A stretch of DNA of 64,000 nucleotides, from contig CP182352.1 in NCBI GenBank assembly GCA_048571215.1, forward strand, positions 224,001 to 288,000. The letters are read 5' to 3'. The translations under genes were made by a program, and so were the position numbers. Shown piece by piece: positions 1-10,473 of this stretch. Below the pieces are notes generated by a model that was not told the origin of the DNA, made no database searches, and saw nothing but the letters and a program-made list of their open reading frames with translations. This DNA comes from Halarcobacter sp. GTDB lineage: Bacteria > Campylobacterota > Campylobacteria > Campylobacterales > Arcobacteraceae. Every line of letters begins with the position of its first letter. Position 1 is the first letter of the stretch.

Positions 1-330
1 GACTTTGTATTAGCAGGAATAACTGAAGAGATAGGTTTAGTAGGCTTGTCTTTTATCACTTTTATAATGTTTTTAATAGTTTTAAGGATTTTTAAAATAA
101 GTGGAAGGGTTGAAAATAAAATATATCATTTATTTACTATAGGTATTGCTTTGATGATAATAATTGCATTTTTAATTAATTCATATGGGATTTCAGGAAT
201 GATTCCAATAAAAGGTATTGCTGTACCATTTCTAAGTTATGGTGGTTCATCTATGTTAGCTACATCTTTAGCAGTAGGATTAGTTTTATCAATAAGTAAG
301 TCTGTAGACTTAAGAAAAAAGGTTAAATAA
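1..330 (+). CDS. ftsW: FtsW (SEDS peptidoglycan glycosyltransferase), 3' part; gene starts before the window
   Basis: Frame is open from base 1 (DFVLAGITEEIGLVG...IPIKGIAVPFLSYGGSS), which are SEDS motifs; lies directly upstream of murG. Confidence 0.92.
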   Translation, partial: DFVLAGITEEIGLVGLSFITFIMFLIVLRIFKISGRVENKIYHLFTIGIALMIIIAFLINSYGISGMIPIKGIAVPFLSYGGSSMLATSLAVGLVLSISKSVDLRKKVK

Positions 331-331
331 T

Positions 332-1360
332 ATGTTAAGAGGTTCAATTGTAATTACAGGTGGTGGAACAGGTGGACATCTAAAAGTAGCAGATGCTTTG
401 ATTGATGAGTTAAATAAAAAAGGGATTAAACCAATTTTTATAGGTTCTATAAACGGACAAGATAAAGAGTGGTTTGAAAAAGATAAAAGGTTAAGAAAAA
501 CTTACTTTCTAGATACTAAAGGGGTGGTAAATAAAAACTTCTTTGGAAAAATAAAATCCTTATTTCAAATATTTATGAAGATGTTAGAGTGTCAAGATAT
601 CTTTGATAAATATGATGTAAAAAAGGTTATAAGTGTTGGGGGATTTTCTGCTGCACCTGCAACTTTTGCTGCTATTACAAGCTTTGGGTGTAAGTTGTAT
701 ATCCATGAACAAAACTCTGTAATGGGTAAATTAAATGAGATTACATCAAAATTTGCTTCAAAACTATTTTCATCTTTTGATAGTAAATCTGAAGTAAAAG
801 ATTATCCTGTCTCAGAAGAGTTTTTTGATAATGCAAGAATAAGGGACGAATTAAAAAGTATTATATTTTTAGGTGGTTCTCAAGGGGCTAAGGCTATAAA
901 TGATTTTGCAATAAAAGTTGCTCCCAAGTTAAAATCTCTTGGATTAAAAATAATTCATCAAACAGGTAAAAATGATTATGAACGAGTTAAAGAGCAGTAT
1001 GATAAGCTTAAAATAGAAGTTGATGTTTTTGCTTTTTCTAAAGATATTTCTCAAAAGATGAGTGAAGCTGATTTTGCAGTAAGTCGTGCTGGGGCTTCAA
1101 CTTTATGGGAGTTGTGTGCAAATTCATTGCCTACATTATTTGTTCCTTATCCATATGCAGCAAAAGATCACCAATATACAAATGCAAAGTTTATAGAAAA
1201 AAAAGAGCTTTGTTATGTAACAAGGGAAAAAGAATTAACAGAGGAATTACTAATAAAGATATTAAAAAAAGATAATTATATTATAAGTAAAAAATTAGTT
1301 GATTCTATCAATTGCAATGGAGCTGAGTCTATAGTTAATACTATTTTAGAAGATGAGTAA
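332..1360 (+). CDS. murG: MurG lipid I GlcNAc transferase
   Basis: GGGTGGH, HEQN, GGSQGA and [10 protein letters not shown] motifs. Confidence 0.97.
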   Translation: MLRGSIVITGGGTGGHLKVADALIDELNKKGIKPIFIGSINGQDKEWFEKDKRLRKTYFLDTKGVVNKNFFGKIKSLFQIFMKMLECQDIFDKYDVKKVISVGGFSAAPATFAAITSFGCKLYIHEQNSVMGKLNEITSKFASKLFSSFDSKSEVKDYPVSEEFFDNARIRDELKSIIFLGGSQGAKAINDFAIKVAPKLKSLGLKIIHQTGKNDYERVKEQYDKLKIEVDVFAFSKDISQKMSEADFAVSRAGASTLWELCANSLPTLFVPYPYAAKDHQYTNAKFIEKKELCYVTREKELTEELLIKILKKDNYIISKKLVDSINCNGAESIVNTILEDE

Positions 1361-2113
1361 TAGTACTATTCCAAATAGTATTCTATAGATTCCAAAAGCT
1401 ACAAAAGTAAAGTTTTCTAAGAATTTCAAAAAAAGTTTTATTGTTAAAAATGCAATAATAAAAGATACTATAAAACCAATCAAAAGATTTAAAGAATTAG
1501 CACCTGTAAATAGTTCATTATGGTGCTTTAGTAAATCATAAGCAGTTGTTGCACACATAACAGGAAATGCTAAAAGAAAAGAAAACTCAGCACTAGCTTT
1601 TCTATTTAAACCCATAATCATAGCTCCAATTATTGTTGAACCTGCTCTTGAAGTACCAGGAATCAGTGCAAATACTTGAGCTATACCTATATATACAGCT
1701 TGTTTATAGGAGATATCCTCAACATCAGAAGTTACATGTTTAGACTCATCATAGAACTTTTCAACTATTAAAAACACAATACCACCAACTATAAACATAA
1801 TCGCAACAATTTCAAGGGAAAATAAAGCCTTTACTTGCTTTGAAAAGATAAAACCTATTATAGCTATTGGTAAAAAGGCTATAGCTATTTTTATCCAAAG
1901 ATTTATATGTTTAAAAGTAAATTTTGAAGGGTAGTTTAATATTACTGCTAAGATAGCTGCAAATTGGATTATAACCTCATATGCTTTTGTTACATTTGTT
2001 TGGTCTATTCCTAAGAACTCACTTGCTACTATTAAATGTCCAGTTGAAGAGATTGGCAAGAATTCAGTAAAACCCTCTATTATTCCTAAGATTATTGAAT
2101 CGATAGCTGTCAT
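1346..2113 (-). CDS. uppP: Undecaprenyl-diphosphate phosphatase
   Basis: [15 protein letters not shown] and [10 protein letters not shown] motifs; polytopic membrane protein. Confidence 0.96.
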   Translation of the reverse strand: MTAIDSIILGIIEGFTEFLPISSTGHLIVASEFLGIDQTNVTKAYEVIIQFAAILAVILNYPSKFTFKHINLWIKIAIAFLPIAIIGFIFSKQVKALFSLEIVAIMFIVGGIVFLIVEKFYDESKHVTSDVEDISYKQAVYIGIAQVFALIPGTSRAGSTIIGAMIMGLNRKASAEFSFLLAFPVMCATTAYDLLKHHNELFTGANSLNLLIGFIVSFIIAFLTIKLFLKFLENFTFVAFGIYRILFGIVLLLIF

Positions 2114-2766
2114 TTTAAACCTTTTGTCATAATAAGAAATTTTTTTAGTGCTTTTTTCTCTTTTAAACCAATTTCATAATCTATTTTTTTTAAATAGTTT
2201 AATATATCTTTATTTGATACTCCTGATCTTTTTGAGTATTGGTTTAAAATATATCTTGGAATTTTAACTTTTCTTTTTTCAAATTTTTTTGTTACTTTTT
2301 TTAAGTAATTTCCATTTTTGCAATAACATAAAGTTGCAAATACAAAAGGCAGATTAAATCTTTTTTTCCACTCTTGTGCTAAGTCAATAATGATAGCATC
2401 AGGATTGTCATGGTAATACTTCAAAGCCTTATCACCTATTAGTACTTTACCTTCTATATTAAGTACTTTTGCAAGGGCATTAGATGTTTCACTTTGGTAA
2501 TCACTTTTGTTTTCCCCTGGAATTACAAAAACTGAGCGAACATCATTTCTTGCAACAATCCCTAAGTTTAGTCTTTTTTCACCCCTTGAAGCAATTGAAG
2601 AGATAAAAGCTGAGTCAACAACCCTTTTTTTAAATTTTTTATTTATTTTTGAAGGGTAAGATTTTTTATAGTTAATTATTGCTTTAATTTGACTAGATTG
2701 AATATTTTTTTTAATAAAAATATGAAACGGAAGTAAATTGATAAAATCTATTTTGGCAAATATCAT
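2110..2766 (-). CDS. mqnA: MqnA-like chorismate dehydratase (futalosine menaquinone pathway)
   Basis: [11 protein letters not shown]-terminus, LIGDKAL and DLAQEW...LPFVFA motifs of the MqnA/MqnD family. Confidence 0.75.
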   Translation of the reverse strand: MIFAKIDFINLLPFHIFIKKNIQSSQIKAIINYKKSYPSKINKKFKKRVVDSAFISSIASRGEKRLNLGIVARNDVRSVFVIPGENKSDYQSETSNALAKVLNIEGKVLIGDKALKYYHDNPDAIIIDLAQEWKKRFNLPFVFATLCYCKNGNYLKKVTKKFEKRKVKIPRYILNQYSKRSGVSNKDILNYLKKIDYEIGLKEKKALKKFLIMTKGLK

Positions 2767-2838
2767 TGATTTAGGTCATCCTAAGATTAAAATTAATTGG
2801 ATATAATACAATAATTGATGTAAATAAGGGGTTAAAAA

Positions 2839-3060
2839 TTGGTAAAAATAGAATTTCTTGGACCTATAAATAAAGAGTCGATGAGTTTAGATATTACAAG
2901 TATAAAAGAGTTAAGTGAAGTATTAAAAGATGATGAAGCAATGGTTAAGTGGTTGGAAAATTGTGCAGTAGCAGTTAATGACACTTTAATCTCTTCAAAA
3001 GATATTGCCTTAAGTGATGGTGATAAGGTTTCATTATTACCTCCTGTTTGTGGTGGATAA
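2839..3060 (+). CDS. moaD: Molybdopterin synthase sulfur carrier subunit
   Basis: 73 aa, AVAVND, C-terminal LPPVCGG; TTG start after AAGGGG. Confidence 0.93.
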   Translation: MVKIEFLGPINKESMSLDITSIKELSEVLKDDEAMVKWLENCAVAVNDTLISSKDIALSDGDKVSLLPPVCGG

Positions 3061-3080
3061 TTGAAAGTGAAAAATTAAAA

Positions 3081-3530
3081 ATGAATAGTGAAAAATTAAG
3101 ATTATATGATGGTAGTTTACCTGTAGAGCAAATAACAAATGCTTGGTATAGTGAGTTTAAAAATTCCAACTATGGTGCAATAATAACTTTTGTTGGAGTT
3201 GTACGAGATGAAGATGGTATTGATGGTTTGAGTTTTGATATTTATGAACCAATATTAAACTCTTGGTTTGATTCTTGGCAAGAAAAAGCAAATAAACAAA
3301 ATGCAATTGTTTTGATGGCTCATAGTAGAGGAAATGTTTTAAATCATGAGAGTTCATATATAGCAGCAGTTTGTTCTCCTAAAAGAAGAGTTGCCTTAGA
3401 ACTGATTGATGAGTTTGTTGAAGACTTTAAAAAAAATGCACCAATCTGGAAATATGATTTAAAAGATAATAAGCGTATTTATGCAGAAGATAGAAGTACC
3501 CCAATAAGTGGTGCTGGTATACTATCATAG
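3081..3530 (+). CDS. moaE: Molybdopterin synthase catalytic subunit
   Basis: GAIITFVGVVR and FKKNAPIWKYD motifs; follows moaD; start placed at ATG 3081 rather than 3048 (start uncertain). Confidence 0.92.
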   Translation: MNSEKLRLYDGSLPVEQITNAWYSEFKNSNYGAIITFVGVVRDEDGIDGLSFDIYEPILNSWFDSWQEKANKQNAIVLMAHSRGNVLNHESSYIAAVCSPKRRVALELIDEFVEDFKKNAPIWKYDLKDNKRIYAEDRSTPISGAGILS

Positions 3531-3549
3531 CAGTTATGAGGAATTATAA

Positions 3550-4341
3550 ATGAGAGTTGATTTACATAATCATACAATTTTATGTAACCATGCAGAAGGT
3601 AGTATGGAGGAGTATATTCAAAAAGCAATTGAAAAAAAGATTGATGTTTTTGGTTTTTCTGAGCATGCCCCTATGAATTTTGATGAGAAATATAGATTGC
3701 CTTTAGATAAAAAAGAGTTTTATGAAAGTGAAGTTTTAAATTTAAAAGAGAAGTATAAAAAAAATATCGAGATACTATTAGCCTATGAGGTGGATTTTTT
3801 AGATGGATATATTTTAGATGAAATAATAAACTCAAAGGTAGACTATCTAATAGGTTCAGTACACTTTTTAAAAAACAATCAAGATATGTGGGGATTTGAT
3901 AATCCAGAATTTATAGGTATCTATAAATCAAAAGATATAGATACAATTTGGCAAGAATATTTTGATGCAATTGAGGCTATGGCAAAAACTCAACTTTTTG
4001 ATATAGTTGGGCACTTTGATTTAATAAAAATCTTTAAATTTATGCCAAAAAAAGATATAAGAACTATTGCTAAAAATGCCTTATTAGAGATAAAAAAATC
4101 AAATATGGTTTTAGAGTTAAATGCTGCTGGTTTAAGAAAACCTATAGGGGAACCTTATCCTTCAAAAGAGATTTTAGAACTTGCATTTGAGTTAGATATT
4201 CCTATTACTTTTGGTTCTGATGCACATAGTATTGAGCAAGTAGGATTTAAGTATGAAGAGGTGAAAAATCTAGCAAAACAAATTGGTTATGAAAAGTGTA
4301 TAAAATTTAGCAGAAGAGAGAAGCAACTAGTTACTTTTTAA
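3550..4341 (+). CDS. Histidinol-phosphatase, HisJ/PHP family
   Basis: DLHNHT, FSEHAP, IGSVH and GSDAH PHP motifs. Confidence 0.85.
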   Translation: MRVDLHNHTILCNHAEGSMEEYIQKAIEKKIDVFGFSEHAPMNFDEKYRLPLDKKEFYESEVLNLKEKYKKNIEILLAYEVDFLDGYILDEIINSKVDYLIGSVHFLKNNQDMWGFDNPEFIGIYKSKDIDTIWQEYFDAIEAMAKTQLFDIVGHFDLIKIFKFMPKKDIRTIAKNALLEIKKSNMVLELNAAGLRKPIGEPYPSKEILELAFELDIPITFGSDAHSIEQVGFKYEEVKNLAKQIGYEKCIKFSRREKQLVTF

Positions 4342-4464
4342 ACAAAATAAAAGAAGTTATAATTAGAAATATTAGACTATTGTATATTTTTTATACATGA
4401 TTTTTTATCTAAAATTATATTTTTTGAGATATAATAAATTTAATATTTTTAAGGAGTTATGAAC

Positions 4465-5892
4465 ATGGGTAAATTTGTTAACAATACTGAAGAGTTTTTC
4501 AAATATTGCGAAGAAAATGAAGTAAAATTTGTAGATCTTAGATTTTCGGATATGAAAGGTATGTGGCACCACTTAACATATATGCTAAGTGCAGTAAATG
4601 AAGACAACTTAACTAATGGTATGCCATTTGATGGTTCTTCTGTTGATGCATGGCAACCAATTAATAAATCTGACATGCTTTTAAAGCCAGATGTAGAAAC
4701 TGCATTTTTGGATCCATTTACAGCTGATTCAACTATTATTTTATTTTGTGATGTATATGATATTTATAAGGGTGAAATGTATGAAAAATGTCCAAGATCA
4801 ATTGCTAAAAAAGCATTAAAGCATTTAGATGATTCTGGACTTGGTGATGTTGCTTACTTCGGACCTGAAAATGAGTTTTTTATTTTTGATGATGTAAAAA
4901 TTGTTGATGATATTAATGAATCTTACTATAGAGTTGATTCAGAAGAGGGTTGTTGGTCAGATGCAAGTGATTATGAAGGTGGAAATATGGGTCACAGACC
5001 TAGAACTAAAGGTGGTTACTTCCCAGTACAACCAACAGATTCTATGGTAGACTTAAGAGCAGAAATGATGCAAGTATTAGAGCAAGTAGGTCTTGAAGTT
5101 ACTTTAGGACACCACGAAGTTGCTCAAGCACAAGGTGAGATTGGTGTTGTATTTGGAACATTAGTTGAAGCTGCTGATAATGTACAAAAATATAAATATG
5201 TTTGTAAAATGGTTGCACACTTAAATGGTAAATCTTGTACATTTATGCCAAAACCACTATTTGGTGATAATGGTAATGGTATGCATACTCACCAATCAAT
5301 TTGGAAAGATGGTAAAAACTTATTCTACAAAGAGGGTGAGTATGGAAATCTAAGTGATATTGCTAGATATTATGTAGGTGGTATTTTTAAACACGCTAGA
5401 GCAGTTGCAGCGTTTACAAATGCATCAACTAACTCTTATAAAAGATTAATCCCAGGATTTGAAGCTCCTTCAATTTTAACTTATTCTTCTCAAAATAGAT
5501 CTGCTTCTTGTAGAGTACCTTATGGTGCTGGTGAAAAAGCAACTAGAATTGAGATGAGATTCCCAGATTCAACAGCTTGTCCATATTTAGCATTTGCTGC
5601 AATGTTAATGGCTGGTCTTGATGGTATTAAAAATAAATATGAGCCTGTTGGACCAATGGATGAAGATTTATTTGAATTACCATTAGATGAAATTAGAGAG
5701 AGAAAAATTCCTCAAATGCCTCATACATTAAGAGGTTCTTTAGAAGCATTAATTAGAGATAATGATTTCTTACAACCTGTATTTACTAAAGAGATGGTAG
5801 ATACATACCAACACTATAAATTTGAAACTCAAGTTTGGCCTGATGAAGCTAGACCAACTGCATTTGAGTTTAAATCAACTTATTCTTGTTAA
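4465..5892 (+). CDS. glnA: Glutamine synthetase type I
   Basis: [41 protein letters not shown] 4465 has better spacing to AAGGAG than ATG 4459. Confidence 0.98.
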   Translation: MGKFVNNTEEFFKYCEENEVKFVDLRFSDMKGMWHHLTYMLSAVNEDNLTNGMPFDGSSVDAWQPINKSDMLLKPDVETAFLDPFTADSTIILFCDVYDIYKGEMYEKCPRSIAKKALKHLDDSGLGDVAYFGPENEFFIFDDVKIVDDINESYYRVDSEEGCWSDASDYEGGNMGHRPRTKGGYFPVQPTDSMVDLRAEMMQVLEQVGLEVTLGHHEVAQAQGEIGVVFGTLVEAADNVQKYKYVCKMVAHLNGKSCTFMPKPLFGDNGNGMHTHQSIWKDGKNLFYKEGEYGNLSDIARYYVGGIFKHARAVAAFTNASTNSYKRLIPGFEAPSILTYSSQNRSASCRVPYGAGEKATRIEMRFPDSTACPYLAFAAMLMAGLDGIKNKYEPVGPMDEDLFELPLDEIRERKIPQMPHTLRGSLEALIRDNDFLQPVFTKEMVDTYQHYKFETQVWPDEARPTAFEFKSTYSC

Positions 5893-5914
5893 TATAAATT
5901 ATTATATAGAAAAT

Positions 5915-5948
5915 AAAAAGGCTAGTTCATATGAACTAGCCTTTTTTT
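5915..5948. terminator. Bidirectional intrinsic terminator between convergent glnA and PBP1A
   Basis: Perfect palindrome AAAAAGGCTAGTTCAT-ATGAACTAGCCTTTTT with A/T tracts on both sides. Confidence 0.9.
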
Positions 5949-5969
5949 ATGTGGTTTTAAAATCATAGT

Positions 5970-7973
5970 TTAAAACTGTATTGAGTTCCCATTTGTATTT
6001 GAAATAGATTTAGTTTGAATCTCAGGTAGTGGTGACTTATCTGTATAATACTCTTTTTTCCCACCACTATTTGAAACCTTTACCCCATCAGGTTTTATAA
6101 ATTCCCTTTGAATTTCTGGATGTATTTCTAAATATTTACTATAAAAATGTGAAAAAGCAGGTGCTGCTGTAGTTCCTCCACCTTCTGAACTTCTCATTGG
6201 AAGGTTATTATCCTTACCAAACCATACAATAGTTTGAATTGTAGGTGAAAAACCACAGAACCACGCATCAACATTACTGTTTGTTGTTCCTGTTTTCCCA
6301 GCTAATTCAATCCCTTTTACCCGTGCCCGTCTTCCTGTTCCTTTTGTAACAACATCCATTAGTATAGATTTTGTTAAAAATACTTGTTCAGGAGATGTTA
6401 TATATTTTGTTTGTGGCTCATAACTAATAGTCTCATTTTTACTAGTTGTAATGCTATTTATAATATATGGAGTAACTTCAGTACCGTCATTTGAAAACAA
6501 AGAATAAGCTTTACTAAAATCAAGTGGTGAGATGGAAAAAGAGCCTAAAGTGATTGATAAATCCCTTGGGATATCTTCTATACCATAATATTTAAGTGAG
6601 TTATATATCTCCCCTAAACCTACCTCTGTAACAAGATTAATCGTAGCAAGATTTCTAGATTTTGTTAAAGCTTCTCTTAGGGTCATTATCCCTTTAAACT
6701 TTCCACCATAATTCTTAGGTTGCCATTTTTTTTCTTCTTCACCAATAGTATACTCATAAGTTCTTCCTATATCAACAACTTGTGAAGCTGGTGAATATCC
6801 AAGCTCAATAGCAGAGTGGTAGATAAATGGTTTAACAGCAGAACCTGGTTGCCTTTTACTTTGAACTGCTCTATTAAAAGAGGATTCTTTATAATCAATT
6901 CCACCAACTAAAGCTAAGATTTTTCCTGTATTATTTTCAATTGAAACCATTGCCCCATTTAATGTATCAACAAAATATCCCTCTTCTACAGGGATCTCTT
7001 CACCATCTTTTTTAATTACATTATTTAATGAGTTTTTTTGTAAACGTTTATCCCTATCAATAATTTTTTTATAGGCAAATTTTAAAGACTCTTTAGCGAT
7101 ATCTTGAGCATCCAAATCTATAGTTAGATCTATTTTATATCCACCAGATTTTATATCTTTTAGATCATCTTTTAAAAGTTTTTGAACATAATCAATAACA
7201 TATGGTGCTTTATTTTGTGTTAGGGTTTGATCAAAAACTTCAGGGATATAGTTTACTGCTTCTTCATATTCATTATTATTAATCCACCCTAAAGTGTTCA
7301 TTCTTTTTACTACTTGATTAGCTCTTGTTAGGGCATATTTTAAATTTCTAGTTGGGTCATAAAAACTAGGAGCTTTTGGAAGACCAACTAAAATAGCAAT
7401 CTCTTTTATATTTAGTTCATATAAGTTTTTTTTAAAATATCCTTGTGCTGCAGTTCTTATTCCATAATATCCATGACCAAAATATACTTGATTTAGATAT
7501 CTTTCTAAAATCTCCTCTTTTGTAAGAATAGTTTCTAATCTAATAGATAAAAGAGCTTCTTTGATTTTTCTAATAAGTTTTTTCTCTCTTGTTAGAACTA
7601 AGGTTTTTACTAATTGTTGAGTTAAGGTACTAGCCCCTTCAACTAATTTCATTGCTTTAATATCTTTTATTATTGCTCTACTAATTGCATCTGGATTTAC
7701 CCCATTGTGTTCAAAAAACTGAGTATCTTCAATAGCAACTAAAGCTTCAACAACCCTTGCTGGAATATTTTCATAACTAACATATAATCTATTCTCTTTA
7801 TCAAAGATATTTGCAACTAGTTTTCCATTTCTATCAAAAAACTGAGTTGTTTGTGGGGGATTGTAGTTAACAATATTTTCTATATCAAATCTAATATCTG
7901 AATATAGTTTAAGTAGCCATGCAAATACTGCAATTGTAATTACTAATATAAAAGTAAATATATATTTAAGCAT
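5970..7973 (-). CDS. Class A penicillin-binding protein (PBP1A family)
   Basis: Transglycosylase motifs EDTQFFEHNG, GASTLTQQ, RKIKE; transpeptidase SAVK, SRN, KTGT. Confidence 0.95.
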   Translation of the reverse strand: MLKYIFTFILVITIAVFAWLLKLYSDIRFDIENIVNYNPPQTTQFFDRNGKLVANIFDKENRLYVSYENIPARVVEALVAIEDTQFFEHNGVNPDAISRAIIKDIKAMKLVEGASTLTQQLVKTLVLTREKKLIRKIKEALLSIRLETILTKEEILERYLNQVYFGHGYYGIRTAAQGYFKKNLYELNIKEIAILVGLPKAPSFYDPTRNLKYALTRANQVVKRMNTLGWINNNEYEEAVNYIPEVFDQTLTQNKAPYVIDYVQKLLKDDLKDIKSGGYKIDLTIDLDAQDIAKESLKFAYKKIIDRDKRLQKNSLNNVIKKDGEEIPVEEGYFVDTLNGAMVSIENNTGKILALVGGIDYKESSFNRAVQSKRQPGSAVKPFIYHSAIELGYSPASQVVDIGRTYEYTIGEEEKKWQPKNYGGKFKGIMTLREALTKSRNLATINLVTEVGLGEIYNSLKYYGIEDIPRDLSITLGSFSISPLDFSKAYSLFSNDGTEVTPYIINSITTSKNETISYEPQTKYITSPEQVFLTKSILMDVVTKGTGRRARVKGIELAGKTGTTNSNVDAWFCGFSPTIQTIVWFGKDNNLPMRSSEGGGTTAAPAFSHFYSKYLEIHPEIQREFIKPDGVKVSNSGGKKEYYTDKSPLPEIQTKSISNTNGNSIQF

Positions 7974-7975
7974 AT

Positions 7976-8674
7976 TTATTTCCTGAATTTTTTATTTTCG
8001 AATGTTGATTCTATAAGTTTTTTTGTGTACTCATTTTTGGGATTTTCTAAGATAGTTTTAGTATCTCCTGCTTCTATAATTTTGCCACTTTTTATAATAA
8101 CTATATTTTTACAAATATTTTTTATTGAGTTAATATCATGGGTTACATATAAGAGTAGGAAGTTAAATCTACTAGAAAGTTCTTTAAGAAGATTTAAAAT
8201 TGTTATTTTTGATTCATCATCTAAAGCGGTAGTTGGTTCATCTAAAAGTAGCAGTTTTATTTGCTTAGATAAAGCTATTGCTATTACAACCCTTTGAAGT
8301 TGCCCTCCACTTAATTGGCTTGGGAATCTATTTAATATTGTTTCTTCTAAACCAACAAGTTTTAAGAGTTCAAGTTTTCTATTTTTTTCACAAAAAAACT
8401 GTTTTTCAACTTTTGTCATAGGAGATAGGGATGTAAATGGATTTTGTGGAATAAATCCAATATTTGAACTATCTAACTCAAAACTAGAATCTATATTGGA
8501 AACTAGTTTTAAGTTATTTGGTAATAGATTTAATAGGGATTTTAAAGTTAAAGATTTTCCACTACCACTTTGACCTATTAGTGCTGTAGAATCTTCTATT
8601 TTAAAACTTATATCAACTAAAACTTCCTCTTTTGAAGATACTTGAAGTTTTTTAATATCTACAGAAAAGTTCAT
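7976..8674 (-). CDS. ABC transporter ATP-binding protein (DppD/OppD-like), no permease adjacent
   Basis: GQSGSGKS, LSGGQ, LLLDEPTT, VTHD. Confidence 0.9.
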   Translation of the reverse strand: MNFSVDIKKLQVSSKEEVLVDISFKIEDSTALIGQSGSGKSLTLKSLLNLLPNNLKLVSNIDSSFELDSSNIGFIPQNPFTSLSPMTKVEKQFFCEKNRKLELLKLVGLEETILNRFPSQLSGGQLQRVVIAIALSKQIKLLLLDEPTTALDDESKITILNLLKELSSRFNFLLLYVTHDINSIKNICKNIVIIKSGKIIEAGDTKTILENPKNEYTKKLIESTFENKKFRK

Positions 8675-10150
8675 CTAGAATAATGCCTCATCCATCTCTT
8701 CTGGTTTATCAAGTTCCATTAGTTTTAATATTGTTGGTGCAATATTATTTAAACTTCCCTCTTTTACTTCTTTAACTTTTGAAGAGAAAATAAAACAATA
8801 AACATCTCCCACTGTATGGTTTGTTAAGGTTTTGCCAGAATCATCTTTCATCATCTCACAGTTTCCATGGTCACTTGTTAAAACTAAATTATAATCTTTT
8901 TCTTTTGCTTTTTCAATTATAAGACCTAACTCTTTATCTACTGCCTCAACAGCTTTTATTCCAGCTTCAAAAACTCCAGTATGACCAACCATATCACCAT
9001 TAGCAAAATTTACTACGATAAAATCCATATCATTATCCATAGCACGTCTAACTTCAACACCAACTTCAGGTGCACTCATCTCAGGTTGCATATCATAGGT
9101 TGCCACTTGTGGAGAGGGGATTAAAACTCTACTTTCATTTAATACAGGTTCTTCAACCCCACCATTAAAGAAAAATGTTACATGGGCATATTTTTCAGTT
9201 TCTGCTGTATGAAGTTGAGATAATCCGGCATCTGATATCACATCAGCTAAGGTGTTTTTAGGAGTCTCTTTAGGAAATGCAACAGGTAAAGGTAGGTTTT
9301 TATCATATTGAGTCATTGTAACTATATTTAGATTTTCAGCAAATCTAGGAAAATTGCTAAACTCTTTATTTGCTATAGCATTTGAGATCTCTCTCATTCT
9401 ATCAGATCTAAAGTTACAAAAAATCACTGAATCATCTTTGCTAAATCCATTATAACCATTAAATGTAGTTGGAACTAAAAATTCATCAAAAATCTCATCT
9501 TTGTATGAGTCATCTATATAGCTTAAAATATCTTTTGATGATTTTGGTAAAGCTAAGGCAATAGCATCGTATCCCTTTTGAACTCTTTCCCATCTATTAT
9601 CTCTATCCATTGTATAATATCTTCCTGATATACTTGCAAGTTTAATATCTTCATCACAAATATCAAGAAATTGTTGAATATATTTTTTTGCACAATTTGG
9701 TGCAACATCTCTTCCATCTGTAATAGCATGAATATATACTTTTTTTCCTTTTGATTTTGCTATTTTTGCTAAGGCAATTATATGATTTATATGGGAATGA
9801 ACTCCACCATCACTTGCAAGACCTATTAGGTGTACATTATTTGATTTATCCATAGATGTTTTGATAATTTCATTATTTTTTAGGGTGTCATTTTCAATTG
9901 CCATATTTATTTTTACTAAATCCTGGTATAAAACTCTACCACTACCAATAGTCATATGTCCAACTTCACTATTTCCCATTTGTCCATCTGGAAGACCAAC
10001 ATACTTTCCATAGGTATGTATTAAAGAATATGGAGTGTTTTTAAAGAGGTAATCATATGTTGGAGTGTTTGCATTGGTAAATGCATTATAGGAATTTGAT
10101 TCGTTATGCCCTATACCATCTGTAATTATTAGTATTGCTTTTTTACTCAT
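8675..10150 (-). CDS. gpmI: 2,3-bisphosphoglycerate-independent phosphoglycerate mutase
   Basis: GQMGNSEVGH, DGGVHSH, ETEKYAHVT, DMVGHTG. Confidence 0.97.
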   Translation of the reverse strand: MSKKAILIITDGIGHNESNSYNAFTNANTPTYDYLFKNTPYSLIHTYGKYVGLPDGQMGNSEVGHMTIGSGRVLYQDLVKINMAIENDTLKNNEIIKTSMDKSNNVHLIGLASDGGVHSHINHIIALAKIAKSKGKKVYIHAITDGRDVAPNCAKKYIQQFLDICDEDIKLASISGRYYTMDRDNRWERVQKGYDAIALALPKSSKDILSYIDDSYKDEIFDEFLVPTTFNGYNGFSKDDSVIFCNFRSDRMREISNAIANKEFSNFPRFAENLNIVTMTQYDKNLPLPVAFPKETPKNTLADVISDAGLSQLHTAETEKYAHVTFFFNGGVEEPVLNESRVLIPSPQVATYDMQPEMSAPEVGVEVRRAMDNDMDFIVVNFANGDMVGHTGVFEAGIKAVEAVDKELGLIIEKAKEKDYNLVLTSDHGNCEMMKDDSGKTLTNHTVGDVYCFIFSSKVKEVKEGSLNNIAPTILKLMELDKPEEMDEALF

Positions 10151-10202
10151 TACTTAAACCTTTTGAAAACTATATTATATTATAATCTACGCGGATTATA
10201 TC

Positions 10203-10324
10203 AAAACATAGGAATAAATTCGCTGAAAGCATCAGATTATGTTTCTTTGAAAACATAGGAATAAATTCGCTGAAGGCATCAAGTTATGTTTCTGTGAAAA
10301 CATAGGAATATGTTTGCTGAAAAC
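10203..10324. repeat. Tandem direct repeat, 47-bp period, about 2.6 copies, each with an internal inverted repeat
   Basis: Units start at 10203, 10250 and 10297 (AAAACATAGGAATAAATTCGCTGAA...TTATGTTTC); AAACATA pairs with TATGTTT. Confidence 0.95.
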
Positions 10325-10473
10325 TCATTTTGTATAAAATGATTATTTTTTTAACCTATTCTTAGGTTTCTTTAAAAACTTACTCCTATCTTCGCTAGAT
10401 ATGTAAGCTTTGCTAAAAGCAAAGATGGAGTTTATAAAACTCAGGAATTTTTCCTGGAATTGAAGGTTTAAGT

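Noticed and set aside
7976..8674. Orphan ABC ATPase as part of a novel system with PBP1A
   Set aside because: Only adjacency supports it; partner permease genes may simply lie elsewhere in the genome
10203..10324. CRISPR array interpretation of the 47-bp repeats
   Set aside because: Units are near-identical along their whole length with no unique spacers, there are fewer than three full copies, and no cas genes are in the window
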